A stretch of 63,761 nt of DNA, filler included, from Octopus bimaculoides (lineage: Eukaryota): the NCBI RefSeq assembly GCF_001194135.2. It is 3 parts of 3 records of this genome, joined end to end, with 100 filler letters (N's around TTAATTAATTAA, not from the genome) between each part and the next. Parts side by side here need not be neighbours in the genome. Positions count along the whole stretch, not along the records: positions 1 to 16,751 come from NC_068992.1; positions 16,852 to 47,854 come from NC_068999.1; 1 more part is not named here. One strand, 5' to 3'. The notes beneath the pieces were generated by a model that had not been told where the DNA came from, made no database searches, and worked only from the letters and a program-made list of their open reading frames with translations. The position numbers were made by a program, and so were the translations under genes. This document shows positions 13,208 through 26,036 of this stretch, piece after piece (position 1 is the stretch's first letter; every line of letters starts with the position of its first letter).

Positions 13208-13620
13208 AGATGGTAGAAACGTTAGCACGCCGGGCGGAATGCTTAGCGGTATTTCGTCTAACTTTACATTCTGAGTTCAAATTCCGCCGAGGTCGTCTTT
13301 GCCTTTCATCTTTTCGGCGATGGATAAATCAAGTACCAGTTGAGTAATGGGGTCGATGTAATCGACTATCCTTGAGCAAGACATTTTATTTCACGTTGCT
13401 CCAGTCCTCTCAGCTGGCAAAAATGAGTTGTACCTGTAATTCAAAGGGACACGGCCTTGTCACATTCTGTGTCACGCTAAATCTCCCCGAGAACTACGTT
13501 AAGGGTACACGTGTGTGTGGAGTACTCAGGTACTTGCACGTTAACTTCACAAACAGGTTGTTCCGTTGATCAAACCAACTGGAATACTCTTGGTAAACGA
13601 CGGAGGACCAGTTACAGCTA
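13208..13620 (+). mobile_element. Composite SINE: dominant family (13208-13367) joined to the body of a second family (13370-13620)
   Basis: The first module matches the other copies. At 'aatcgactatc|cttgagcaagacattttatttcacgttgctccagtcctctcagctgg' it switches to the body also seen in reverse at about 50620-50680. Confidence 0.8.
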
Positions 13621-13925
13621 GGACTATAATGCACAATGTCCTTTGTTTCCAATATAATTATGCAAGATTTTAGATAATTCAACCAGTGTTTTTAGTATTT
13701 TGAACGACCACAAAGGGAGGGGGGTTCAGTTTGCTTTGCAATCTATAATTAAAAACTCCCTTACCTTGCATTTAATACGTTTAGTTTTGCTCCCCAGCTG
13801 CTCTATAAATATTTCCGGAGAATGTGTTGCATCGATATATTAGCAATATCTACTTATTTCCCTCGTTTACACGCCATGAAAATGGTATTGAAATTCAATT
13901 GAATACTATTGCTTCGGCAACAATT

Positions 13926-13928
<3 letters not shown>

Positions 13929-13982
<54 letters not shown>
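13929..13982. repeat. (CT)n microsatellite
   Basis: Direct reading. Confidence 0.95.
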
Positions 13983-13985
<3 letters not shown>

Positions 13986-14839
13986 ACTCTCTCTCTTTAT
14001 CGTCTTGGTGTGTATTTGTGTGTGGGTTTGTATCTGTATGTATGCTCGCGTGCATCATATTATGCGACAGTATTTCCTTATTCTTATTTCAATAATCAAA
14101 CAACTGTGAACCAATTGAATGTTGAGACGTTCGTATTGGCCAAATGTATTACATACATTTTCTTATATAACGAAAGAAGGAAAGTTTCCCTACATTTAGT
14201 TACGAACGTTGTAACCATCTTCTAGAATTGTACCAAATTGCATATATTACTGAGCGAAAAGATTCTTAGGAATTTCTCTGATCAACTAAAAACAAACAAA
14301 TATATAAGAATTTAGTTAGATTACGAATTAAAAATTGTGTTGTGATTGGTAATTACCAGGTAGTGTTTATCGCTCTACACTTCTTACTTTTACGATATAA
14401 ATAAAAGAAGCAATGGGAATTTCATTTCTTTGTATTTCTTTTTTTATTTTTAACGAGATTATTTCTCTAGTTTGCGATTGATTCCTTCAGTTTTAGTATT
14501 GGAATTTTTTTACTGTTCTGCGAATATGCTTAACTGAACTTATTGGATATTATCATTATTGTATCGATGTAAATTATTTTCAAATTTTGTTATTTCTATA
14601 GTTTGTTAATATTTAAATGTTTTTAACATTTTTTTGTATTGGAAAATTCACTGTTCAATACATGTAAGGATAAAGGAATATATTAAATAACAGGAGGAAA
14701 TATGGTGTATTAACAGCTGATAATTAGTTACAAGGCTCGGTTTTGTGTAATTATAAGAAACAAATGTCTAGCTTTAATTTTACTATACAAACATATTTAC
14801 ATACATAGATCTGTTGCTATCGTGTGTGTATATACATGC

Positions 14840-14880
<41 letters not shown>

Positions 14881-14889
<9 letters not shown>

Positions 14890-14948
14890 TCCCCATACAC
14901 ACACTCCCCATACACACACTCCCCATACACACACTCCCCATACACACA
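14881..14948. repeat. 15-bp minisatellite (tacacacactcccca) x4 plus a partial copy
   Basis: Direct reading. Confidence 0.95.
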
Positions 14949-15194
14949 GACAGATAGGAAACGAAATTCAAAATTAAACCGGAATAACTGCGTTTCATTC
15001 CCGGTAAAACGATGTCATCATCAGTCTTCGGTCGCAAAAGGTAGCAGAAGGAAGGAAGGAAGGAAGGAAGGAAGGAAGGAAGGAAGAAAAGAAAAAGCAA
15101 AAAGAAAGAAAAGAATTGGGGAAAAAATTATTCACTTAAAAAGCTTAATGGAAATTTGGTGAGATTCACCTGCCATTTTATTAATTCCTAGTGT

Positions 15195-15392
15195 TTGAAA
15201 ACTAGCATCGAAATTTTGAACACCAAATTCAAATTTTCGGAAGGTCGAATAGTCACAGAATTATTTTTCAAACCCACATCATACCATATTTATCCTCACA
15301 GTTGCTCTGATCATCCGCATCATACAATCAGATCAAATCCGAAGTCCCAGTTTTTGAGGATTAGATGTATTTGCACAGACATTGGAGATTAA
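15195..15392 (+). mobile_element. Penelope-like element, RT thumb-region fragment
   Basis: GRIVTELFFKPTSYHIYPHSCSDHPHHTIRSNPKSQFLRIRCICTD matches the PLE pattern G.I.T.LY.KPT...YLH..S.HP.H....IP.SQFLR..RIC. Confidence 0.8.
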
Positions 15393-15443
15393 TAGAAACA
15401 TGCAAATACTTTTGCGCGCCATTATGTAAAGCATCATCATTGC

Positions 15444-15503
<60 letters not shown>

Positions 15504-15536
15504 CATTATTATTATTATTATCATTATTATTAATAC

Positions 15537-15580
<44 letters not shown>
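15444..15580. repeat. (TAT)n microsatellite
   Basis: Direct reading. Confidence 0.95.
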
Positions 15581-15586
15581 GCATTG

Positions 15587-15780
15587 AAGGTGGTGAGCTG
15601 GCAGAATCGTTAGCATGCCGGGCGAAATGCTTCACGTTCTGAGTTCTAATTCCACCGAGGTTGACTCTGCCTTTCATCCTTTCGGAATCGATTAAATAAG
15701 TACCAGTTACGCACTGGGGTCGATGTAATCGACATAATCCCCTCTCCCAAGCTGCCTTTGTGGCAAAAATTTGAAATCAT
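15587..15780 (+). mobile_element. tRNA-derived SINE (dominant family) with an internal deletion
   Basis: 'aaggtggtgagctggcagaatcgttagcatgccgggcgaaatgctt...ctgcctttcatcctttcgg...ggggtcgatgtaatcgac'. Confidence 0.85.
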
Positions 15781-15871
15781 TTTTTTTATTATTAGTTTTG
15801 GTCTTGTTGTTGTTCTCGTTTTTGTTCTTGATACTATTGTTATTATTATTCTTCCTCCCCTTTCACTTGGC

Positions 15872-15962
15872 TTTCTTCTTCTTCTTCTTCTTCTTCTTCT
15901 TCTTCTTCTTCTTCTTCTTCTTCTTCTTCTTCTTCTTCTTCTTCTTCTTCTTCTTCTTCTTC
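15872..15962. repeat. (CTT)n microsatellite
   Basis: Direct reading. Confidence 0.95.
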
Positions 15963-16389
15963 CTTTCCTTCTTCTTGGTGTTGTTGCTGTGATGTTTTTA
16001 CAATTGCAAAATGGAAGTTAATTTAAAAGATTTAACCGATTACAAAACATAATAACTCCAGGTCATTAATCTGAAGATAATCCAGTGTTGTTACTAAGAG
16101 AAAAAGAGAGAGAAAAAAACAGGGATTAATTATTAAAATAGGGATTATTTGTAATATAGGAACAGGCAAATGAGAGGAAGGGGAAAATATTAGAAAAAAA
16201 GATTGTAAAAATGAACATTAAATGTAAAAACAACTACAATGGAGGCTTAAATTAACAATGAGAATATCAACAAAAATATATTTAGAAACCAATAAACATT
16301 GACCGGCGAAAATGGTTTCAGGTGGAACCCACGGAGAAGGTTATCGAGGAAATCAGAAACACCCACACAAGTAAATAACGATTTCCGGT

Positions 16390-16571
16390 AAAAGTCCAAA
16401 GCCAGAAAATTTTGGAGATGCGGGTATAATCGATCTGATCGATCAGAGTACTTTACTATATTGATCTCGAAAGGATGAAAGGCAAAGGTGAGCTTCGTCG
16501 GATTTGATCTCAGAACGTAAAGACACTGAAGGAATGCCGCTAAGCATTTTTCCGACGACGTGCTAACGATT
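16390..16571 (-). mobile_element. tRNA-derived SINE (dominant family)
   Basis: Reverse complement shares 'acgttctgag...tgcctttcatcctttcg' with the copy at 15587. Confidence 0.8.
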
Positions 16572-16584
16572 ATCATACAATAAT

Positions 16585-16680
16585 AATGGTTTCGAATATT
16601 AGCACAAGGCCAGCAATTTCGAACCCATGACCTTACGACCGTGAGTTGGATACTATAACCACTAAGCCACGCGCCTCCAT
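16585..16680 (-). mobile_element. SINE tRNA-like head joined to a short tail of the dominant family
   Basis: Minus strand 'tggaggcgcgTGGCTTAGTGGttatag...atgGGTTCGAaattgctggccttgtgc' carries Pol III A-box and B-box motifs; no intact cloverleaf. Confidence 0.7.
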
Positions 16681-16684
16681 ATAT

Positions 16685-16751
<67 letters not shown>

Positions 16752-16851
16752 NNNNNNNNNNNNNNNNNNNNNNNNNNNNNNNNNNNNNNNNNNNNTTAAT
16801 TAATTAANNNNNNNNNNNNNNNNNNNNNNNNNNNNNNNNNNNNNNNNNNNN
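16752..16851. other. Scaffolding spacer: 44 N + TTAATTAATTAA + 44 N (assembly artefact)
   Basis: Exactly 100 nt. The palindromic 12-mer gives a stop codon in all six frames; identical structure at 47855-47954. Confidence 0.9.
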
Positions 16852-16933
16852 GTATGTTATATATATTTGTAAGTCCTGGTGTTTTTGTTATGTATTTGTC
16901 TGAATATTTTTTTTTATTATACCTAAGGCACCT

Positions 16934-16935
16934 AC

Positions 16936-17008
<73 letters not shown>

Positions 17009-17011
17009 ATG

Positions 17012-17074
<63 letters not shown>

Positions 17075-17089
17075 TGTAGTAGTAGTATC
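16934..17089. repeat. (TAT)n(TAG)n microsatellite
   Basis: Direct reading. Confidence 0.95.
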
Positions 17090-20047
17090 ATTGTTGGGAA
17101 AGGTTTGGACAGCACGAATTCCTATTATCACCCGAAACATCATTTGTATCTTTAACTTAATAATATCCAAATTCTATTCACAAAATTCTGATTAGTCTAC
17201 AAACTAGTAAACCTGGTAATAAAATTTTTAAATTCCAGTTATCAATAATCTAACAAGAGAATACAAAATAAATTGCAAGTTCAGATTTAGTACAATATTA
17301 ATATATCAGTTCCAACTATAAAATGAAGAAAACTGAGCTACGTTAAATATACTTCACATATTTTTTATTTTTATTTTATGCACTGATCTATGTTAAATAT
17401 TTTTGGTAAATAGATTATGTTGCTATGTTGAAGTTACTTTTGAAAATTATATTTTACTGTTGTATGCAAATTTCATCTAAATGTGTTAAATATAACACTA
17501 TCTTTAAGCGAGTTATCAAATTTATCAAGTATGAAAATATCAGCATTGTTTGAATTATTATACTGACTTCAAATTTCACTTCTGCATAATTTTAATTATT
17601 CTGATAGCTTTCAGTATGCAATTTCTTTATGTTTCTTTAGTTCGAAGATTATAAATTATTCAACATCTGAAAACCTTAAATAATATGAAGCATTTTTGTT
17701 CTTTCATTTGGTAATTTAAATTATGCTCTCCTCTTTTGTAATCTTTGTTGTTGTCAATGTACTGCTGTGGAAGCATTGTAATTAATAGTTAATTAAATGC
17801 AAAACATACTAACAAGGAACGGACACAATACTAGAAACTGAATATGTGCAGAATAAAAATGAACAATCAGATAACAGAAAACACAATCAATTACCAACAT
17901 CTTCAATGCTAGAAACAACCAAATCTTAATTTTCTCTTCAGATTTTAAATGTTCAATGGAGTATTTAAAATGAATGGAATAAAATACAGAACGGGAAGTA
18001 AACCAAATTAATAAAATTTCACTCTAAAGACCGGAATATAAGATTAACCATTTATTATGAATTTTCCTGTACAGACACTTTCCCCCTTTTTTTTTCTCTC
18101 TTGTTTTGGTTAAGATGTAATTATTGCTTCTGCAATTTTATAAAATTTCTAGTGAAAATTTATGGGAATTATATATAGCATAATTTTGCAAACATTGAAG
18201 TTGTAGTCGTTCACATAAAAACGTAAGTGATGTATCATTTATGTGAGTAAATGGTCAATATTATTATTAAAGAATTTCTTACATTTGCCTTAACACATAC
18301 GCACACACATATAAAGGTATAAGTATAAATATCCCAACAATCACTCGCAAAAAAGACCAACAGATAATTTATTTTGAATGTCTTCCCTCCGAATTTGTAA
18401 TATAAGCTTGTAATACTCTAAATTTTATGGCGATTAAGGACATCTACTGTACATATTTCCTTAATGTGCTACGTATCAACATTTTAGAACGTCCCCTGCA
18501 TAATCTTGTCACAAATATATGACGGGAATATGCTACCTTTAATATTGAGATTGATAGATTTTCTGGAACCCTAAAACCTGTAAGATAATGCCGTGAGGTA
18601 TTTTCAGATTATACTCAACTAAGTGTACCAAGAGTTTTCCGACTAATATCTTATAGATATTTTCACATATAAAAAACGGACAGAACAATATAATCACCAC
18701 TGCAATTCTGTCGATAGTAAGGAACACATGATCCCCTCTTTGTGTCTGTTACTTTACTTATTCTCTTCACAGCCGTGGAGATATTTATGAAAGTGCAAAG
18801 CTACATTAGACACAGTATCCGGATATATCAAAACTGCCTGCCTGTTCCTTGGTCAAGTGGAATGTCGTGAATGATTTTCAAATTAATCTCGGATTATATC
18901 AATTTCTATCCTACTTCGACATGACTAAAAGAATCAGTAATGCCTTTGAATAGGATGAATATGTACAACGCATTTATGTGCCTATAATGTTGATGGAGAA
19001 AAGGCTGCCTCTATCATTTGCTGTCCTGATTATACTTCATTCATGGAGTTGTAGCAAACCTACTCCAGATAGTGTGCAATCTCTCTGATTCAGCCTTGTC
19101 ATATATGTCATAGAAACATTTCATAATTTGGTAATCCCTAATACTCTTTAGATGCCTAACGGTAAGCAAATATCGAACGCATAGTTGCAGTATCTACACC
19201 CACAGTGATAGAGACTAAATGGAGAGAAAAGCCCTCGTCAAAAATTGAACTCATGTGTTTCAGTATGGTAATCGCTAGAGATACCACAGGCTCAAAGAAC
19301 GAATCGAATTTGTATGCCACTGCTTTTAGGGTAAACTAGACGGTAGATTTTTGTTTACATGAAAGGATGCTCCTGACGAATGTTGTTCATCTCTTCTACG
19401 AAAAGAGTACAGGCTGTAGTCTCTCCGGATGTGCATGGTGGAAGGTATCACGCTGACGAAGTAATAAATGACAAAATCATTGTTGGCATTGCTCTACTCT
19501 TGTCACGAACAAGCTTTACGAACCAACTGATTAGTGTAGCATTAATAAGGCTGCATTCTCAACTTCATGTAGGTTATTTGAAACATCACCCGAAGCAGTT
19601 AGGCATAGTGGATGCTGAAAGCAGGCCCCAAAATAGTACAGAAAACACAGTGACAAAATGGAAGTGCGAATATACTAGGGGTTGTACAGGGAGTATCGAC
19701 TAGAATGTTCCAAAAAGTGGAATGGGCATTTTCCCAGAAGCATAAAATGATTATATGAATCTCTTTTGTGATATGTCAATATGCATAGACCAAAGCTGCA
19801 ACATATCCTACACGATATCCCTCTTCTATTGAACGAGTCCCGAGAATGGATCTTCATCGTCGTAGTTCTGGCTGCAGACCAGGATATTGTTTAGTTAGCG
19901 AACGAGAAATTAGGTAAGTACCAGATCTCACTTTGGAAGTGAAGCACATTCATAGAGCATCAGAAGTGATTGTGTTATTGATTTTGTTCAGAGCACTAGG
20001 GACCGTCTCAAATAAAACAATATTCGGCATGAAAAGCTGCAAAACTT

Positions 20048-20048
20048 T

Positions 20049-20106
<58 letters not shown>

Positions 20107-20299
20107 AAGTTGCAGCAGCAGCAGTAGTAGTAGTAGTAGTAGTAGTAGATGTTGCAGCAGCAGCAGGAGTAGCAGCAGTAGTAGTAGTAGTAGTAGTATA
20201 AGTTGCAGCAGCACCAACAGCAGCAGCAGCAGTAGTAGTAGTAGTAGTAGCAGCAGCAGCAGCAATAGTAGTGGTAGTAGTAGTAGTAGTAGCAGTAGC

Positions 20300-20334
<35 letters not shown>

Positions 20335-20347
20335 CTGTAGTAGCAGC
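20048..20347. repeat. Interspersed (TAG)n/(CAG)n trinucleotide array
   Basis: Direct reading. Confidence 0.95.
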
Positions 20348-20559
20348 GATAACTGAGCCTTTTGATGAAATGTGTGCAATCTGAGCACAATGTTCCATGT
20401 GATCGTCTCTCACCCATCCCCATGCAAATGTCTGTGCACAGAGAGCAAGGTAGAAAGGATGATTATCGTTGCTGTTATTTTTGTTGTTTCGTCGTTTAAT
20501 ATGAATTAATAAATTTAAGCGTGTGTTTATATGTTGGGGAATAGAATAATCGAATAATC

Positions 20560-21030
20560 AGCTGAGATAATTGAGAGCACCTAAACTTAGACAGATGTGA
20601 ACGCGTGAAATAGCGAAGAAAAAGGAAAACATGTAGAAGTATCAGTAGAAGAGGAACGATAACAATAAGCAGAGCTGGAAGAGCAGAATCATGAACAATA
20701 GTAACAACATCAAAACGATTAAGAAGAAGAATAGATATAAATGGAATAAGGAGAGGAATAAATAAGAATGACTTAATGATAAGGTGGAGGAGGATGTCTA
20801 TGAGGACGCCGATAATGACAATGACAACTATGATGCGTCTGACGAGAAAGAAGATGATGATGACGACGGCGAGGAAAGAGTATAGAACGAAGAGAAGAAG
20901 GAAAAGGTGATAAAGAAAAATGCGACGTCGATGGAGAGGGAAAGGAAACAAAAATGTCAGAAAAACATAGAGAGGATATAGGAAAATGTAGACAATGATG
21001 AATGACGAGGAGGAAGAGATGACGGAGAAA
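20560..21030. repeat. Degenerate purine-rich (GAN)n cryptic simple repeat
   Basis: Triplet-periodic gat/gac/gaa/gag with frequent in-frame stops. Confidence 0.7.
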
Positions 21031-24000
21031 TATATATATATATATATATANNNNNNNNNNNNNNNNNNNNNNNNNNNNNNNNNNNNNNNNNNNNNNNNNN
21101 NNNNNNNNNNNNNNNNNNNNNNNNNNNNNNNNNNNNNNNNNNNNNNNNNNNNNNNNNNNNNNNNNNNNNNNNNNNNNNNNNNNNNNNNNNNNNNNNNNNN
21201 NNNNNNNNNNNNNTATGTATATATATATATATACATATATGTATGTATGTATGATAAAGAAAATGAAGAAATTCTAAAAGTTAAAAAAGTGTGATAATCG
21301 AAAAAGGAATGATAGGTGTACTTAAAAATAAAACATTAATCATAGAAACAAACATATTTAGTTCATATAGCTTAATAATGTTCCATTTCCCAACAACTAA
21401 ATTTTACAACCTATTTTAGTGTTAACTCAAAGCTGTATTCATATAAAAGCAAAATATATATATATATATATAATGTAGCATATATTTTAACAGACAATTC
21501 ACTTCTTTTTTTCTCCTGCGAGATTTGCCGTTTTCATTTTCAAATAAAGTAAAATTGAATTCAACTGCTACATTAGAGATTTCAGAACGAAGCAATCAGA
21601 ATTATAACATCTGACACTTTCTAGATTGAAACATAAAAAGGAATAAAGAGTTAACAACATTGCTTTTAGTTGGATAATGAAAATCTCATGTCAAGAATGT
21701 TATATGCCATATGTCATCGTATGAAATGTGGTTAAACTGAATTGCAAATTAGAAAAGTTTTGTCTCGTCGTTATTGTAAGTGAGTGGTGCACGGAGGGAG
21801 GCAAATGAATTAAGAAAAACAGGAATCGAAAATATATTGCATATTCGACACTTTTAAAGCCTACTATCTGTGTGTAGTGTGCCTACGTTGCAAACGGATT
21901 AGTGTAGTGGCGATGTTACTATATAAATAATGTGGCTGAATATCATTAATGTAAATACCCGTATAGTATGACAAAATGACTGCTAATTAAATTATGGGAG
22001 TATTGAAGCAGTGCTATTGCTTAGAACGATCATATATTAACGGAATTGGATAATAATCATTATCATTTTGAAGACGAATATCTGCGGATGACTATATATT
22101 TCATACCTTTCTTCAGGACGGTTTTTAGGTTACTTCGGTCTTTCATATCCTGGATGTACGCAGCAATATTTACGTATATGGGCGTATATGAAATACATAT
22201 CAGCTACCATAATAAAATGAACTGTTGGGCATAAACGCCGAGAGTGATCAAAACCTGATTTAGACATCTAATTATGGATTACATAGGAGATTTGATTTTA
22301 TATTGAAGTTACTCCAATGTGCATAAATGTAACGTCTGAACTAGTATAAAACGATAATGCAAGCAATGTTGGCTGAATAAAATCACCTATGGAAAATGGC
22401 ATACACTATGTAATATATCAGATTGGTAATAACATTTTGTTATCTAGACACACGAGAGATTAAATTATGAAAAAGATAACGAGAAAACAATATCTGTTAT
22501 AAGTTTGTATATACATTATATTAGCACATGTTCTCATTTATAAAATCTAGTCGCGGCGACTTAATAAGTTATTATAATGCTGAATGAGAAAAATCAAATA
22601 ATGAAGTTGATAAATAAATATTTTTGGTAGTGTTAATAAGTTATACTTGGCTTCTCGAAGTTACGTATAATGCCGTGACATCATAAGTGAATAAATAAAT
22701 GATATACTCTAACATTCCTCCTGAATTATAAATAGCTGCTTAGGTTTACTATTGCTCAGAAGTTATGTCGAAACGTCCAGTTTTATATCAGGATACATCA
22801 TTCAAACATTCGTGTGCCTTTCTTTATAATGTACAAATATATATAGTGTAGTGTCAATTACCATTACTCTCTGAGCAAGTTTTTGTGATATTTCTCTCAC
22901 AGATAATTATTCCCTGTTCATATATCAGGATTATATTCTAATTAGCACATGATAACAACTTCCAAAAATTTAATCATTTCCACTGTATATGTAAAGAGAA
23001 AAACGAATAGAAAAAGCTATCTATTTATATAGCATTAAGCAAGTCAAAATTGTATTTCCAGAGAGTGATACACTGGGATGATGAAGTAGACTTCGTAACT
23101 TACAAGAACACTGGCATGAAATCTCCGATGACACTAAGAGGAACACGTGACAATGTTTACAATTAAAGCTTAGAAACATCTAATGCCTGTGTCTTGATAA
23201 GTGTGTTTAATTTTCGGGATATAGCAGCAAGCGTGTACCTTAAATTTGATATCAGGCTTCCTAAACAGGATCACAAATATAAATATAATGGTTCCACTGC
23301 CTCAAAGCCTGGGAAGAAAGATCTTATCACAATTCTCGTGTATCTGAACTAACATAAGTTGAAATATGGCAACTATTTATAAATGCAGTAAATAATAGCA
23401 TTTGAAGTAGAAGTCTCACGTTGAATTTGATGATGAAACATATCAAAATTATTTGTGCTTCACTGATGAGTAGCACACTTGTAGCATTAGTGGGTGAAGT
23501 GTTCTCGCTATCAGAATTTACAGTAACAGCTTCAGCAGTAGTTATAAATAATAATAGTAGTGAAAATCTTAGAGACCGCCGATATGTTGGGAGAGGATTT
23601 GCTTGACTTTCTGACTTGTAACAGCGGCGGTAGTGGTCTCAGCAGAAGTACCTGCAGTAGCAGCAAAGGTAATTGAAGCTTCAGTGGTATTAGGATCACT
23701 GGTACTTGTATTTCTATCTATCTATCTATCTTTATCTCACACAGTGGTTCAGGAGTGGAAGGAAGTTGGTTAAGTTGCTATAAAAGTAATTCAAATGTGC
23801 TTGAAAATTATACTTTTCAAGCTTTCTCTTATGTCTTCGATATAGTATCACAAGCATAACCTATTATATTCCTTTTCTAATCACTTAAGCTCGCCATATC
23901 TAGGTTGTATTATTACTTTCATTTAGAATACCAAACTGAAGTAATTTTGAAGCATGTTTGTCATATATCCCTATTTTACAGTTCTATGATTATAGGCTTT

Positions 24001-25953
24001 TTTATCGCTTTTTGTACTTTGGTTGAATATATTACAAAATTAGAGAGATTTTATACAGTTAATCATTTCAGTATTTCGATTTTTAGATCAATTCAAATTC
24101 TTTTTTACTTATCGCTGATCCTTGTGCATTAAGCATAGCGGCCTTCCACCTTTTGAGAGCTATTACTTTTGTTCCTAGTTTTAATGTCATTGTTTTCTTT
24201 TATGTTTTAAACGGGAGGTACTCGTATGTATTTTAAAGTAATTATCACATCTCTATTATACCATTATTAATTAGATAGAAAAAAATTATCTTTTCTTCGT
24301 CACAGAGTGAAAAGTAATCTGAAATAGCAAGAATTCGCTTTCTATTACACTGAATTATATTAAAGGAAAACATTTTTATAGCGTTTGTAAAAGAAAGTCT
24401 ATTATTTCCTGGTAAACTTTTCAGAAATACATTTTGTTTCATTTTATGAATTGGGAACTTATATGTATTTAATTTCATCGATCACGCAATGGAACGTTTG
24501 AGGTTTGTTAAAAATTCCTCAACACACTCTCATCTTCATTTTTTAAAAAAAATAGTCTAATCACGTCGTCTGAGGCAATGTAATATTTTAAAATACGCCA
24601 TTCTAGGTTTGCACGAGAAGTCTTTACTTAAACTTAAAATTATGGTTATTATAATTATAAATATTATTGATTATTAGCTTATTCAAACAATCACGTATTT
24701 TTTTTTAAGTGGCATTCAGTTAGACCGACTCATCATATTTAACTGGTATTCATTTGCTTGACACCGGAACGATAAATTCAAAATCGATCTTGACATTTTG
24801 GTATGTTTTTAATAATCATTCGTGTGACGTATAAAAGAAAAGCATGTGAGATCGTTGACCAGAAAAGAAACCCATTTGATCTTCATGAAAGATCAAACAG
24901 GCTGCACAGCTTAATAAGGAACCGTTTCCTGTAAGCACGGTTCTATTATTGAACATTTATTGTAATGTGTCTCTCGAATGCATAAAGAAAATATGAAAAT
25001 ATGTGATTATTACATGTTCTGAGCATTTTTTGTACTTTTATTCAATATATAACAACATCCAGAGATCAATTTGTATTGAACGTGTTATAATATAGATTCA
25101 TAATTTGTGGCTTTAGTATTTCCAAAATCTCTCTCTCTCTCTCTCTCTTTTTTTTCTTATCAAAATCAATAAAATGTAACTTGAAAATAGTCGTTGAGAC
25201 ACAAGGTACGAGAAATATTTTATTACGAACGGCTTTATCAGTAGTCTGTGAATGACCTTCCCATTCGTTAAACCGCTAGAATATAAATTTTACTGTGTAA
25301 ATATTGTCGAATCAAAATATTCTTCTATTTAATATATAGAAATTTATTTCTGGTATGATATAACGTAAAACATCAATTTAGTTTACATTTGGAAAAATAA
25401 ATTGCAATTATCCCAAGCTATACATTTTCAAAAACGTGTGTATGGAATGATAAGTAAATAATAGCAAATGTGCAAATACATAGCGTCGTCCAAAATGTGC
25501 CATAACTTGTTGTTTACATTGGGTAGATATTTCTTAAATTAAACCGGATGGATAAATATCGAAGGAAACAATTGAATTATTGAAGGATGGGATCTAGTAG
25601 AATTGTTAACAGATATTCAATTGATGGATTATGAAACTGTTAAGAAACATCAATAGCTAGCATGGATCATGGAACTCGTATGTGAAAGGAATACTGATTT
25701 ATGTCTTCAGGTAACATATAAAGAAATATTATCACATGTTGAATCATACACATTTCAATGCAAGATACCGACTCATTCTTGTCTGATATAAGAATATGGA
25801 ATCTTGCATCTCTTCAGCGTCAAGTTACGTTTACGTTTATTATTATGATGCAATCGGTACTAACTTACATAGAATTATAAATGATATTTGAAATGTGCAT
25901 AGGTTATTAAGCAAGTTTTATTATAGATTGCGTTATGGCTCTTATTTAAATTG

Positions 25954-26036
<83 letters not shown>

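Noticed and set aside
16585-16680. tRNA-like sequence with A and B boxes
   Set aside because: SINE head without an intact acceptor or anticodon stem; not a tRNA gene.
16796-16807. TTAATTAATTAA islands inside gaps (also 47899-47910)
   Set aside because: Identical 44N-12-44N layout with six-frame stops indicates a scaffolding spacer, not biology. Order and distance across these joins are uncertain.
18539-18727. 'FLTIDRI' resembling a GPCR DRY motif
   Set aside because: In-frame stop 6 codons upstream, no acceptor, and no other TM motifs in register.
20560-21030. Acidic D/E-rich reading frame
   Set aside because: Repeated in-frame stops; decayed (GAN)n microsatellite.
25570-25790. Long frame with sparse stops (IIEGWDLVELLTDIQLMDY...)
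   Set aside because: Interrupted by stops, no splice support and no recognisable domain.
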